A DNA stretch of 17,555 bases, from assembly GCA_038321865.1 (NCBI GenBank), contig JBBQFH010000042.1, positions 1 through 17,555 of the forward strand. The letters run 5' to 3'. Below are positions 1-8,979 of the stretch, piece after piece. The notes beneath the pieces are model-generated. The model did no database searches. It was not told the origin of the DNA and was given only the letters and a program-made list of their open reading frames with translations. This DNA is from Gemmatimonadales bacterium. GTDB lineage: Bacteria > Gemmatimonadota > Gemmatimonadetes > Gemmatimonadales > GWC2-71-9. Positions within the stretch are counted from its first letter, which is position 1. Every line of letters starts with the position of its first letter. Made by a program: the position numbers and the translations under genes.

Positions 1-2423
1 ACGTTGAAATCGCGAGGTGCAAGGGAGAATGTTTGCCCATCCGCCGTCACCGTGCGCGATCCGTCCGCTTGCGGATCGATCGTGGTCCCGTCCGTGCCGT
101 AGAACCTGATCTCGTGGCTCCGCGCGGCGGCGAGTTCGCCAAAGTCGTAATACTCGCCGCTCGCCGCGAACGGCTCGGCGTAGAGCTCGAGGCTCAGCTC
201 GGGCGTGAATGCGTAGTTGACGCGGGCCCGGGCAGAGAGGGTGTTCCGGCGTATGTAGGAGAAGACGTATCGCGTGCCGAAGGTTTCCGACCGCCCGCCG
301 TTCACGGCGGTCACGTACTGCCGGGAGCCGACGGCGCGGGTCCAGGTGGGATTGAGACTCACTCGCCACTGCGATGCCGGACGGGCTGAGACTCCGCCGA
401 ACAACGTCGTGCTCCAGCCGCCGATCGCGTCATTGAAATAGCTGAGGCCCCCCTGCCAGGTGACCGGCAACCCCTGATTGCCCGACAGCTGGGCGTCGAA
501 CCCATAGGCCGCCGGCACGCCCATGATCGGTCCGCCGCGGGTGAGATCGTCGCTGTAGGCGCTGGTATTCCCGTACGTGCCGAGAAAGATGGACCAGAAG
601 TTCCGGAGCGTCAGGTTGTTCCCCAGCGACCACCGGGTGCCGGTGTGGACCCCTCCGAAGTTCCAGCTGCGTCCCAGAAAGAGGCTGGAGGACCACTGTC
701 GGAAGACCGGGCCGGGCTGGGTCTCCCGATACCGAAGCTGGCCGGTTGCGTCGATGTCGTTGGCGCTCGCGATGCGTCCCACGTCATTGAGCTCGAGGGT
801 GGGAGATTCGAAGCCCAGCGCGGCGTTCCACAGCCAGTGCCGGCCCGCGTTCCGGGCCGCGCGGAGCGACGCCGACCACCCGGCGAGTGCCGAACGGGTG
901 GAGTCGAGCGTGAACTCAGTCGCGTCCGGACGCTGCATGAAGTGGGCGGAGGCCCGCTGCACCCGCAGGATGGCCGCCGGGTCGCCGCGGACGTAGCTGA
1001 AACCAGCCGCCGCGCCGAACTCATACGCGCCGTTGGTCGTCCGCAGGTTGATGTCGCCGCCGCCGGTGATGGCCGTACTCGGGAGGAGGGACCGCAGCGG
1101 CGATCCGGCGCCGAGGTCCCGCTCGACGCCGGTGAGCGACACGCCGGCGACCGATGCGTTCGGCCCGAACTGCCCCTGGACGCGCCCGACACCGTACGCC
1201 GTGAATGGCTCGATCTCCGTCCGGCCGAACGACCCGGTGGCCGCATCGAACGTCCGCGCCTCTTCCCGCCCAGTGAACGCGCTCAGCGCGCCGATGGAGA
1301 TGCCGTTCCGGAGCTGCCCGGTCACCTTGCCCGCGGCGAGGATGGTGGCGCTGGCCGGCCGATCCACGAACGAGCCGTCGGCGACACCCCGGGGCGACTG
1401 ACCGATGCGCCGCGAGTAGAAGAAGTTCTGCCCCCCACCGCGGAGCAGCTGGGCGCCTTCGGTGAAGAAGGGCCGCCGCTCGTCGAAGAACGTCTCGAAC
1501 GCCGAGAGGTTCACCTCGGCCGGATCCGCTTCCACCTGACCGAAATCGGGGTTGACGGTGGCGTCGAGCGTCAGGTTCGGACCAAGTCCCATCTTGAGGT
1601 CCGCGCCCGCGCGCGCCGAGATGTCGCTTCCGTCGTGGAACGGATCGCCGGGCGCGGCCGGCGAAAAGGTCGCGTTGCTCGCGACGTACGGCACGAGCTC
1701 GAGCCGGCGCGACGGCTGTACTCCTTCGATGCCGACAAGCTCGCCGAAGCGCGAGGACCAGCCGCTCTCCTTGGCCGGGACCACGATCCAGTAGATGTCT
1801 TCGTTCGTGGCGGGAATCCATCGGTTGATCTGGACGCCCCACTGTTGCGCACCCGCCCTGGAGAAGCGGAGCTGTGAGAGCGGAATGCGCGCCTCGGCGA
1901 TCCAGCCGGTGGAATCGACCGACGCCTTCGCCTCCCAGACCGGGTCCCAGGTCATGTCGCGCGAGTATTCGTTATCCACCGCGTGGTAGTAATCAATGCG
2001 CACGCCGCCGGACGAGATGACGAAGCTGTAGCTGGTACGGCGGTCGTGGTACGTGTCGAGCGCGATCACCAGGTGCTCCGCGTTGGTCATCTGGTCCCGG
2101 CGCGCCACCGCGGTTGGAATCTTTCCGGGCGCGTTGCTGTGGAGCCGGGCCCCGACGTAGAGCGCCTTGTCATCGTAGAGGAACGCGACTTCGGTGCGGA
2201 CGGTAGGCTCTGCGCCCTCGACCGGAAGCTTTTGATGAAAGTCGGACCGCCACCGGGCATCCCCCCACGCACTCTCGTCGAGATGACCGTCGATCCGGAG
2301 GCTCGCGCCGACGGGAAGCCGCACGGCAGAAAACTGCTTGGCCGCGTTCGGCACCGCCTGGCCCTGGACCAGCACCGGACCAGCGCATACGATCGCGATC
2401 AGCGTCGCGGCGGTACAGCGCAT
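1..2423 (-). CDS. DUF5916-family exported protein with N-terminal CBM9-like domain, partial (3' end beyond window start)
   Basis: Absent from the ORF track; translated by hand at both ends and through the N-terminal part. ATG at 2423 with AGGAG upstream. Signal-like N-terminus MRCTAATLIAIVCAGPVLVQGQ, then IDGHLDESAW, TEVAFLYDDKALYVGARL, WDPVWEAKA..GWIAEARIPLSQLRF and TLDATVNPDFGQVEADPAEVNLSAFETFFDERRPFFTEG. The same frame reads ...SLAPRDFN at the window edge. Confidence 0.85.
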   Translation of the reverse strand, partial: MRCTAATLIAIVCAGPVLVQGQAVPNAAKQFSAVRLPVGASLRIDGHLDESAWGDARWRSDFHQKLPVEGAEPTVRTEVAFLYDDKALYVGARLHSNAPGKIPTAVARRDQMTNAEHLVIALDTYHDRRTSYSFVISSGGVRIDYYHAVDNEYSRDMTWDPVWEAKASVDSTGWIAEARIPLSQLRFSRAGAQQWGVQINRWIPATNEDIYWIVVPAKESGWSSRFGELVGIEGVQPSRRLELVPYVASNATFSPAAPGDPFHDGSDISARAGADLKMGLGPNLTLDATVNPDFGQVEADPAEVNLSAFETFFDERRPFFTEGAQLLRGGGQNFFYSRRIGQSPRGVADGSFVDRPASATILAAGKVTGQLRNGISIGALSAFTGREEARTFDAATGSFGRTEIEPFTAYGVGRVQGQFGPNASVAGVSLTGVERDLGAGSPLRSLLPSTAITGGGDINLRTTNGAYEFGAAAGFSYVRGDPAAILRVQRASAHFMQRPDATEFTLDSTRSALAGWSASLRAARNAGRHWLWNAALGFESPTLELNDVGRIASANDIDATGQLRYRETQPGPVFRQWSSSLFLGRSWNFGGVHTGTRWSLGNNLTLRNFWSIFLGTYGNTSAYSDDLTRGGPIMGVPAAYGFDAQLSGNQGLPVTWQGGLSYFNDAIGGWSTTLFGGVSARPASQWRVSLNPTWTRAVGSRQYVTAVNGGRSETFGTRYVFSYIRRNTLSARARVNYAFTPELSLELYAEPFAASGEYYDFGELAAARSHEIRFYGTDGTTIDPQADGSRTVTADGQTFSLAPRDFN

Positions 2424-2542
2424 CTGCAAGCGAACTCCTGGATTGGTCAGGGTGATTGGATACCGGACCGGGACAGAACGTTGACTCTACTCTGTGAGTT
2501 TCAGCCTCCCCGGCATCGACTCTAGCCGCCGACCGCTGGTCA

Positions 2543-2557
2543 TGACATACTGAGCCC
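2543..2557 (+). promoter_or_regulatory. Putative extended -10 promoter (TGaCATACT) giving a leaderless transcript of the FHA gene
   Basis: TG-a-CATACT at 2543-2551 ends 6 nt before ATG 2558, and there is no Shine-Dalgarno sequence upstream. Confidence 0.4.
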
Positions 2558-3769
2558 ATGGCCGAGTCTTCGCTCATCCCCGTTGCCCCGACGTCCGGCG
2601 CCAAGGTACCACTGGGTGTCGCCTCCCCGGTATGGATCGGGAGCGCGGCCGGCTGCGCGGTCCGGCTTTCGATCCCGGGTATCGCGGATCACCACGTGGG
2701 ACTGGTCGAGCGGGAGGACGGATGGTGGGCCAGTGCCGGACGCGGCGCGACGCTGCTGAACGGTATGCCGCTGTCCGGCATGGCCCGCCTCGGCGACGGG
2801 GACGTGCTCGAGGTATCGCCCGGCTATCGCTACAGATTTGAAACGGGGGCCTCGGACTCAGGCACGGCGCCTCAGCCACCGACGCGCCCAGCCGCCCCGG
2901 TCAGGAAGCGGAAAAAGTCCGGCGGGCTTCCCGGTGCGGCGCGCGGCCGGCCGCCGGTTTTCCTGATTTTGACGGTGGTGCTCGCCCTGGCCCTCGTCGC
3001 CGCGGCCGCGGGAGCGATCTGGTTCGCCGCATTTCGCAGCGAGAAGTCACCGGACATGCTCTCCGACGAGCAGGCGATCGAGTTCGACAGCCTGCTCGTC
3101 GTGGCGTACGACCACGTCGAGCGGGGAAACACGTTGCTGGAGCTGGGGCTTTCGGAGGTTGCGGCCCAGGAGTTCGCCCAGGCGGTCAACACGCTGGCCT
3201 TGAGCGGTCTCCGCAATCACCCCGCGGTGAAGCCGCGCATCGAAGCGCTTCAGGCATCGGTGGCCGCAATCTACCGCGACCGCAAGCTCGTCGTCCCGCC
3301 CAGCTATGCCGGCGCCCGCGCGACCCTGCCGCCCGATCGGCTGCGGCAGGCGTCGCTCAGTGCAGCGCAGTTTGCGAGCGCATTCGCGCAGGTCGCCGGA
3401 GGGTTCCAGACGCGGTTCGGCTCGGCGATCGGCGTCACAGGGCGGGATCACGCGGAGCATTTGTCGCTGTACGGAGCGGGTGGAGCGCTGGATCTCAGGA
3501 GCCGCACGATGACGCCGGCGCAGGTGCAGTTCGTGGTCACGGAGTGCCGGAACCGCGGCATTCGAGTGAAGGATTTTTCCCAGGACTCGATCCTGCAGCG
3601 ACAGATCGCGGCAGCCACCCAGGCTGGGCTCCTCGACCGGGCCGGCACCGGACTTCACCTGCACATCGACCGCTTTGCCAATCGGCGCGATCGCTGGACG
3701 GTGTCGAGCTACATCATCAAAAACTTGAGGCGGGACGCGCTCGCGAGAGTAAATTCGTCCCCATCGTGA
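2558..3769 (+). CDS. Membrane protein: degenerate N-terminal FHA domain, Pro-rich/basic linker, TM helix, TPR-like helices, C-terminal M15/LAS (Hedgehog/DD-peptidase fold)-like domain
   Basis: FHA-like segment VWIGSAAGCAVRL..GIADHHVGL...TLLNG...LGDGDVLEV. RKRKK precedes the hydrophobic stretch VFLILTVVLALALVAAAAGAIWFAAF. TPR-like YDHVERGNTLLELGLSEVAAQEFAQAV. Peptidase-like motifs HAEHLSLYGAGGALDLR and GLHLHID. Confidence 0.75.
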   Translation: MAESSLIPVAPTSGAKVPLGVASPVWIGSAAGCAVRLSIPGIADHHVGLVEREDGWWASAGRGATLLNGMPLSGMARLGDGDVLEVSPGYRYRFETGASDSGTAPQPPTRPAAPVRKRKKSGGLPGAARGRPPVFLILTVVLALALVAAAAGAIWFAAFRSEKSPDMLSDEQAIEFDSLLVVAYDHVERGNTLLELGLSEVAAQEFAQAVNTLALSGLRNHPAVKPRIEALQASVAAIYRDRKLVVPPSYAGARATLPPDRLRQASLSAAQFASAFAQVAGGFQTRFGSAIGVTGRDHAEHLSLYGAGGALDLRSRTMTPAQVQFVVTECRNRGIRVKDFSQDSILQRQIAAATQAGLLDRAGTGLHLHIDRFANRRDRWTVSSYIIKNLRRDALARVNSSPS

Positions 3770-4662
3770 ATCACGTGATGCTCACCGCGCTCCAGCGGCT
3801 CGTCGTTGAGCTGCGTGCCGTTAAGGCTGGCGTCGATCAGGTAGAACCGGCCGTCCTTCCGCAGGATCGAGCAATGGTAGCGTGAGATGGAGGAGGCCGA
3901 GTCGCTCAGGACGATGTCGTTCTTCTCCTCCGGCTTGTCGGAGCTGGCCGCGCCGATCCGGAAGAGCGGCGCGTCGATCGTATAGAGTTTGCCCCGCCCG
4001 ACGCCATCCACGATCTTGACGACCGCTTTCCGCTGGGCCGCCTCGACCTTGCGGACCGCCACCTGTTCGCCGTGCTTCTTCCCCAGCTTCTTGGCCAGGA
4101 CCCCCAGCCCGGCAGCGACCACCAGCACTGCGCCGCCGACGGCGAACAACGTGATCTTGAGCTGCCGCGCCCGCTTGAGCGCGACGATCCGGTCCCGAAG
4201 GACGAGCGCGCGCTGATTGTTGGGGTCGATGGCCAGGACGTCGCCGACCGCCCCATCCGCATCGTCCAGATTGCGGGTCTGGATCGCCCGCTGCGCGGCG
4301 AGCATCCGATTGTTCATGGCGGTCGCGCTGGAATCGCTGGCCTTCCGGAGCGAATCCTTCGCCGTGGCCTGGTCGAAATCTGCCACCGCGGCCTGATAGC
4401 GGGCTTCCACCAGCGCATCGCCCATCCCCTGGATCTCCATCAGCTTCCAGCAGTCGGCGCGATCCTTGGCGCCGGTTACGTTTGCCGGCGCGCCGGCGTC
4501 CTTCTGCTGACAGATGAGGAGCATGGACGCCCGCTCCTGACTCCGCTGTGCCGCGGCGGCGGAGCTTGCGGCCGCGGCCGGCGTGGAGTCCTGGGCGGCG
4601 GCGGGGACAGCGAATGCCGCCAGGATCAGCCCGCCGAGAGCGAGCGGCCGGGCCAGACTCAC
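3709..4662 (-). CDS. Type I membrane protein: signal peptide, periplasmic helical/TPR-like region, TM helix, cytoplasmic C-terminal FHA domain
   Basis: GTG start overlaps the clpV stop (GTGA). Signal peptide [27 protein letters not shown]-like [41 protein letters not shown] followed by KKLGKK. FHA motifs [40 protein letters not shown]. Confidence 0.85.
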   Translation of the reverse strand: MSLARPLALGGLILAAFAVPAAAQDSTPAAAASSAAAAQRSQERASMLLICQQKDAGAPANVTGAKDRADCWKLMEIQGMGDALVEARYQAAVADFDQATAKDSLRKASDSSATAMNNRMLAAQRAIQTRNLDDADGAVGDVLAIDPNNQRALVLRDRIVALKRARQLKITLFAVGGAVLVVAAGLGVLAKKLGKKHGEQVAVRKVEAAQRKAVVKIVDGVGRGKLYTIDAPLFRIGAASSDKPEEKNDIVLSDSASSISRYHCSILRKDGRFYLIDASLNGTQLNDEPLERGEHHVIHDGDEFTLASASRLKFLMM

Positions 4663-7343
4663 GCGATCGCTCCGACCGGCGGCTCAGGTGCGACGTCGGA
4701 CTTCGGCTTGGCCGCCTGCTCGGCACGGATCTTCCCGGCTTCTTCGCGCACTTCGGCCGGCGTGCCGACCAGGATCGCGATCTCCTCGCCCTCAGGTGTC
4801 AGGAGGACGAGCGAACCGGGCTGCACCTCGCCACCGATGATCAGCCGGGAGAGGTCGGAGAGCACCATCCGGTCGATCGTGCGCTCGACGGGCCGGGCGC
4901 CGTACGCGGGGTCGTAGGCCAGCCGGGCGAGCAGTGCCACGGCCTCGTCGTCCCCCTCGAGCGTGGCGCCGTGCTGCTCCTGGACCTGCGCCGCGATGCC
5001 CTTCAGGTGGATGCGAACGATGGTACGCAGCGTCTCCACCGCGAGCGCGTTGAACGGGATCACACCGCTCAGGCGGTTGAACAGCTCCGGCCTCAGCGTA
5101 TTCTGCACCACCTTGAGGATGATGTCGCGGCGCATCTCGAGATCGTCGGTGGCGGCGACGGCCTCCTTCACGCCGAGGTTGGACGTGAGCAGGATGATCG
5201 TATTGGTGAAGTCGGTGAAGCGGCCCTTGGCGTCGGTCAGCCGCCCCTCGTCCAGCACGCCGAGCAGGATGTCGATGACTTCGGGATGGGCTTTCTCGAT
5301 CTCGTCGAACAGCACGACCGAGTTGGGATTCCGCCGCACCTGCTCGGTCAGGAAGCCTCCCTGCTCCGAGCCGACGAGACCGGGCCGCGATCCGATGAGA
5401 CCCGACACGGAGCCGGCATCCTTGTACTCCGCCATATCGATGCGGATCAGCGCCGCCTCGTCGTCGAAGAGCGCCCCGGCCAGCGCCTTGGCCAGCTCGG
5501 TCTTGCCGACTCCAGTTGGTCCGACGAACAGGAACGAGGCGGGTTTCCGCTTCTTGCGGAGGTCTGCCCGCATGCGCCTGGCGGCCTCCGCGAGCGTGTC
5601 CACCGCCTCCTGCTGCCCGATGACGCGTTCGGCCAGCCGCTCCTCCAGCTTGAGCAGGCGCTCGCGCTCGCTCTCCATCATGCGTGACACCGGGACCCGG
5701 GCGCGCCGAGCCACCACTTCGGCGATGTCGGCCGGGCCGACCTCCTGCGGAATCAGCAGCCCGTCCTTCTTCAGCGCCTCGAGACGGGTGACGAGTCCGG
5801 CTTCCTGCCGTGTGAGCCCTTCGATCTCCACATGCCTCAGCCCGGCCACCCGGGCGACGTCACCGGCGGCTTCGGCGGCGGCGAGCTCGGTGGTCTTGGC
5901 GGCCAGCGCGGCGCGGGTCTGCTGCAAACCATCCGACACTTCCTTTTCGGCCCGCCAGCGTGCCTGCAGCTTGTCGAACTCCGCGCGCTTGGCGGCGATG
6001 TCCCGTTCGGCGCCGGCCACCTCCTCGCCCTTCTTGCCGGCGGCCTCGAGGGCCTGGCGGCGCCCTTCGAGCCGGATGAGCTCGCGCTCGAGCATATCGA
6101 CGGCGTCGGGCTTCGACTCATGCTGCATCCGGAGCCGCGCCGCGGCCTCGTCCAGTACGTCGAACGCCTTGTCCGGAAAGAAGCGGTCCCGCAGATGCCG
6201 CCGAGCGAGCTTCACGGTCGCCTGGAGCGCGTCATCGATGATCCGGACGCCGTGGTGGGTCTCGAACTTCGATTTGAGGCCGCGAAGCATCATGAGGACC
6301 GTTTCATCGTCGGGCTCGTCGACGATGACCTTCTCGAAGCGGCGCGCCAGCGCCCCGTCCTTCTCGATGTATTCGCGGTACTCGTCGTGCGTCGTCGCGC
6401 CCACGCACCTCAGCTCTCCGCGAGCCAGCGGCGGCTTGAGAATGTTGGCCGCATCCATGCCGCCGGCACTGCCACCGGCGCCGACCAACGTGTGCAGCTC
6501 GTCGAGAAAGAGGATCACGTCGTCGGTCGCCCGCACTTCGTCGACCACGGCCTTGATCCGCTCCTCAAATTCACCGCGATACTTGGCACCGGCCACGAGC
6601 CCGGTGAGGTCGAGGGCGAGCACCCGGCATTTCTTCAACGATTCCGGCACGTCGCCGGCGACGATGCGCTGCGCCAGCGCCTCGACGACCGCCGTCTTCC
6701 CGGTGCCCGGATCGCCGACGAGAACCGGGTTGTTCTTCGATTTGCGGAGCAGGGTCTGCAGGACGCTCCTGAGCTCCACATCGCGGCCGATCACCGGCGC
6801 GAGCTTGCCTTCCCGCGCGGCCTGCGTGAGATCGCGGCAGAACCGCTCGAGCTGGCTTCCCTGCCCCTCGGCTCCCTGTGCCGCCTTCTCCTCGGCCGGC
6901 TGATTCACCGCCGGACTCTCGACCGCCTTGCCCAGGCGCTCGGGCGACCAGCCGGCGTCGAGCAGCGCACCGCCCACCGCCAGACCGGGCGACTCGGTTG
7001 CGGCCAGCGCGACGTCGAGCGGTCCCACGGTGCTTGCGCCGCGCTTGTCCACGAGCGCGATCGCGCGATCCAGCAGGTCGCGCAGGGCCCGGCTGGCGAT
7101 CGGCTGCTGCCCCGGCGTGAGCCTTCCCTCGTTGTCGGCATCGGTCACCCCGTCCACGAACCGCCGGGCCATCTCGGCGTCCAGGCCGAGCGGCCCCGCG
7201 AGGCGCGCGAGCGCGCCGTTGGTATCGAGCATCGCGCCGAGCAGGTGCCGCGGTCGTATGTATGCCGCGCCGCCGCGCGACGCGAGTCGCCGGGATTCCT
7301 CGAGCGCGGCCGTGAGGTCCATCGATAGGCGATTCAGGTCCAT
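4659..7343 (-). CDS. clpV: T6SS ClpV/TssH AAA+ ATPase (ClpB-like, 894 aa)
   Basis: Start re-called to ATG 7343 (GGGGA RBS). Clp_N repeats; NBD1 [26 protein letters not shown]; coiled-coil middle domain; NBD2 [20 protein letters not shown]. No IGF ClpP-docking loop seen. Embedded in the T6SS operon. Confidence 0.88.
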   Translation of the reverse strand: MDLNRLSMDLTAALEESRRLASRGGAAYIRPRHLLGAMLDTNGALARLAGPLGLDAEMARRFVDGVTDADNEGRLTPGQQPIASRALRDLLDRAIALVDKRGASTVGPLDVALAATESPGLAVGGALLDAGWSPERLGKAVESPAVNQPAEEKAAQGAEGQGSQLERFCRDLTQAAREGKLAPVIGRDVELRSVLQTLLRKSKNNPVLVGDPGTGKTAVVEALAQRIVAGDVPESLKKCRVLALDLTGLVAGAKYRGEFEERIKAVVDEVRATDDVILFLDELHTLVGAGGSAGGMDAANILKPPLARGELRCVGATTHDEYREYIEKDGALARRFEKVIVDEPDDETVLMMLRGLKSKFETHHGVRIIDDALQATVKLARRHLRDRFFPDKAFDVLDEAAARLRMQHESKPDAVDMLERELIRLEGRRQALEAAGKKGEEVAGAERDIAAKRAEFDKLQARWRAEKEVSDGLQQTRAALAAKTTELAAAEAAGDVARVAGLRHVEIEGLTRQEAGLVTRLEALKKDGLLIPQEVGPADIAEVVARRARVPVSRMMESERERLLKLEERLAERVIGQQEAVDTLAEAARRMRADLRKKRKPASFLFVGPTGVGKTELAKALAGALFDDEAALIRIDMAEYKDAGSVSGLIGSRPGLVGSEQGGFLTEQVRRNPNSVVLFDEIEKAHPEVIDILLGVLDEGRLTDAKGRFTDFTNTIILLTSNLGVKEAVAATDDLEMRRDIILKVVQNTLRPELFNRLSGVIPFNALAVETLRTIVRIHLKGIAAQVQEQHGATLEGDDEAVALLARLAYDPAYGARPVERTIDRMVLSDLSRLIIGGEVQPGSLVLLTPEGEEIAILVGTPAEVREEAGKIRAEQAAKPKSDVAPEPPVGAIA

Positions 7344-7368
7344 GGGAATATCCCCGTCGCCATGGGCG

Positions 7369-8979
7369 TCAGGAGGTTGGCTTCCGGATCGTGATCGTGG
7401 GGACCCCGACCGGTGCCGGCGACGGTGGCTCCGACGCACGCGGCGGCTGGCCGGCAGGAACGGCGGCGGGAGCCGCATCGGCGACCAGGCCCAGGCGGCG
7501 CTGAAACAGGATCGCGCCGCGGACCCGGTGCGCCGGCTGAACCTGGGCGCTCAATCCGGCGATCGTGGCCACATCCGGCGGCGTCTCGAAGTTCACGCCG
7601 AAGTTCCGCTGCCCCGGAATCTCGCACGTGATGGCGCGCGATACCGGGCGGCCGGGCGCGCCATCGGCATTGATCCGGAGATCGACCTGCAGCTCGTCGC
7701 CCACCTGCCAGCCCGACGTACCCTGAGGATCTCCCAGCAGCACCAGCCGGTACTCGTGACGGCCGGTGAGGCTGAGCTGGGAGAACACGAACGTCAGCAG
7801 ATCGCCTTCCCGCTGAGGATGACCCGGTGTCGCGACCGCGACGTAGAACTGTTCGCCCTGCCGGTCGAGCAGGAACTTGACGGCGTCCACCGCGCGATTG
7901 ATGCGGTAGTCGACATACTTGCCTTCGAGAGCCTCGAGCAGTTTGCGCACCCGCTTGAGCGTATCACCGGCGCGCTCGAGCGACGTCCGGAGATTCTCCC
8001 GCGTCTGCCCCTCACGCCGTGCCGCGAGAACGCCCCGCTCTTCTTCCAGCAGGTCCGAATACGTCGCGTCGGCGCCCGACAGCGTCTGAAAATAGGATTG
8101 CGTCGCGCTGCTGAGATCGAGTGCGAGCGCCACGCGCCGGCCCAGCCGGTCGACCTGCTCGAAGAAACGCCCGGGCTCGAGGGTGGGATCACCCGTCTCC
8201 GCGGAGCAATGGTCGAGGGCGAGCACGGCGCGCTCGGTGAACGCCAGCACGTCGAGATCCGGACGGCTGTCGACGCCCCGCCGGGCGACCTGCTCGGCGT
8301 AGCGGCCCACGGCCCGGTGCAGCTCGCCGAACTCACCCGTGAGCAGTGCGAGCTCCGACTGTACGCGCGACCAGCCGGCGAACAGCTCGCTGTGCGCCAT
8401 CATGGAGGCACAGGCTGGAATGAACTGCCCGTCGCGCTCGAAGCTCAGTGACTCGCTCGCCCGCCGGATGCGACCGACCACCAGCGCCTGACCCAGCTGA
8501 TCGGCCGGCACGCCGAGACGCACGTCATAGCGGGCACGGCGGAATGCGGCCATCGTCGGATTGGCGGCATCCGCCCCGACCGATGCCGGATCGTCTTCCC
8601 GTTCGCCGGTGCGGACCACGTAGACGTACAACTCCTTGGCGCCCGCCAGCTCAGCCTTCGCGCTCTGCCCCCGAACGCTCGCCGCCGGGGTGATCTCGAC
8701 CGGCTCGCCGGCGGCCGTGATGCCCCGCGCCTGCAGCACCGTGACGGTGACGATACGGCCGTCGTCGCTGACCTCGATCTTTGGGTCGTAGGCGCCGAGT
8801 CCGCGCTCGGTGGATGCCAGCCGGAGCCCACCTCCCAGCAGCCCGGTGCCGGTGACGCAGTGCCGCAGCAGCCAGCCGAACGCGTTGTCGATGTACCGGT
8901 CCTGGGCGACGAAATGCTCCGGGGTCAGCAGCATCCCCGAGATCCAGTTGACCGACTGCAGGCCTTCGTCTGTCGTCAC
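7369..8979 (-). CDS. tssK: T6SS baseplate subunit TssK-like protein with extended C-terminus (536 aa)
   Basis: N-terminal [18 protein letters not shown] matches the TssK W.eGM.l.p.HF..qd motif. Also [13 protein letters not shown] and FIPAC, followed by a helical neck. GTG start overlaps the tssG stop. Confidence 0.8.
   Translation of the reverse strand: MTTDEGLQSVNWISGMLLTPEHFVAQDRYIDNAFGWLLRHCVTGTGLLGGGLRLASTERGLGAYDPKIEVSDDGRIVTVTVLQARGITAAGEPVEITPAASVRGQSAKAELAGAKELYVYVVRTGEREDDPASVGADAANPTMAAFRRARYDVRLGVPADQLGQALVVGRIRRASESLSFERDGQFIPACASMMAHSELFAGWSRVQSELALLTGEFGELHRAVGRYAEQVARRGVDSRPDLDVLAFTERAVLALDHCSAETGDPTLEPGRFFEQVDRLGRRVALALDLSSATQSYFQTLSGADATYSDLLEEERGVLAARREGQTRENLRTSLERAGDTLKRVRKLLEALEGKYVDYRINRAVDAVKFLLDRQGEQFYVAVATPGHPQREGDLLTFVFSQLSLTGRHEYRLVLLGDPQGTSGWQVGDELQVDLRINADGAPGRPVSRAITCEIPGQRNFGVNFETPPDVATIAGLSAQVQPAHRVRGAILFQRRLGLVADAAPAAVPAGQPPRASEPPSPAPVGVPTITIRKPTS

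Noticed and set aside
33..2525. Plus-strand ORFs (e.g. 645..1877, 1983..2525) and short minus-strand ORFs
   Set aside because: They are shadow frames of the DUF5916 gene. They are Arg/Pro-rich with no motifs, as expected in high-GC DNA.
4659..7343. Housekeeping clpB
   Set aside because: It is embedded in and coupled to the T6SS operon, with a divergent pore loop and M-domain motif. A ClpB ancestry is still noted as a finding.
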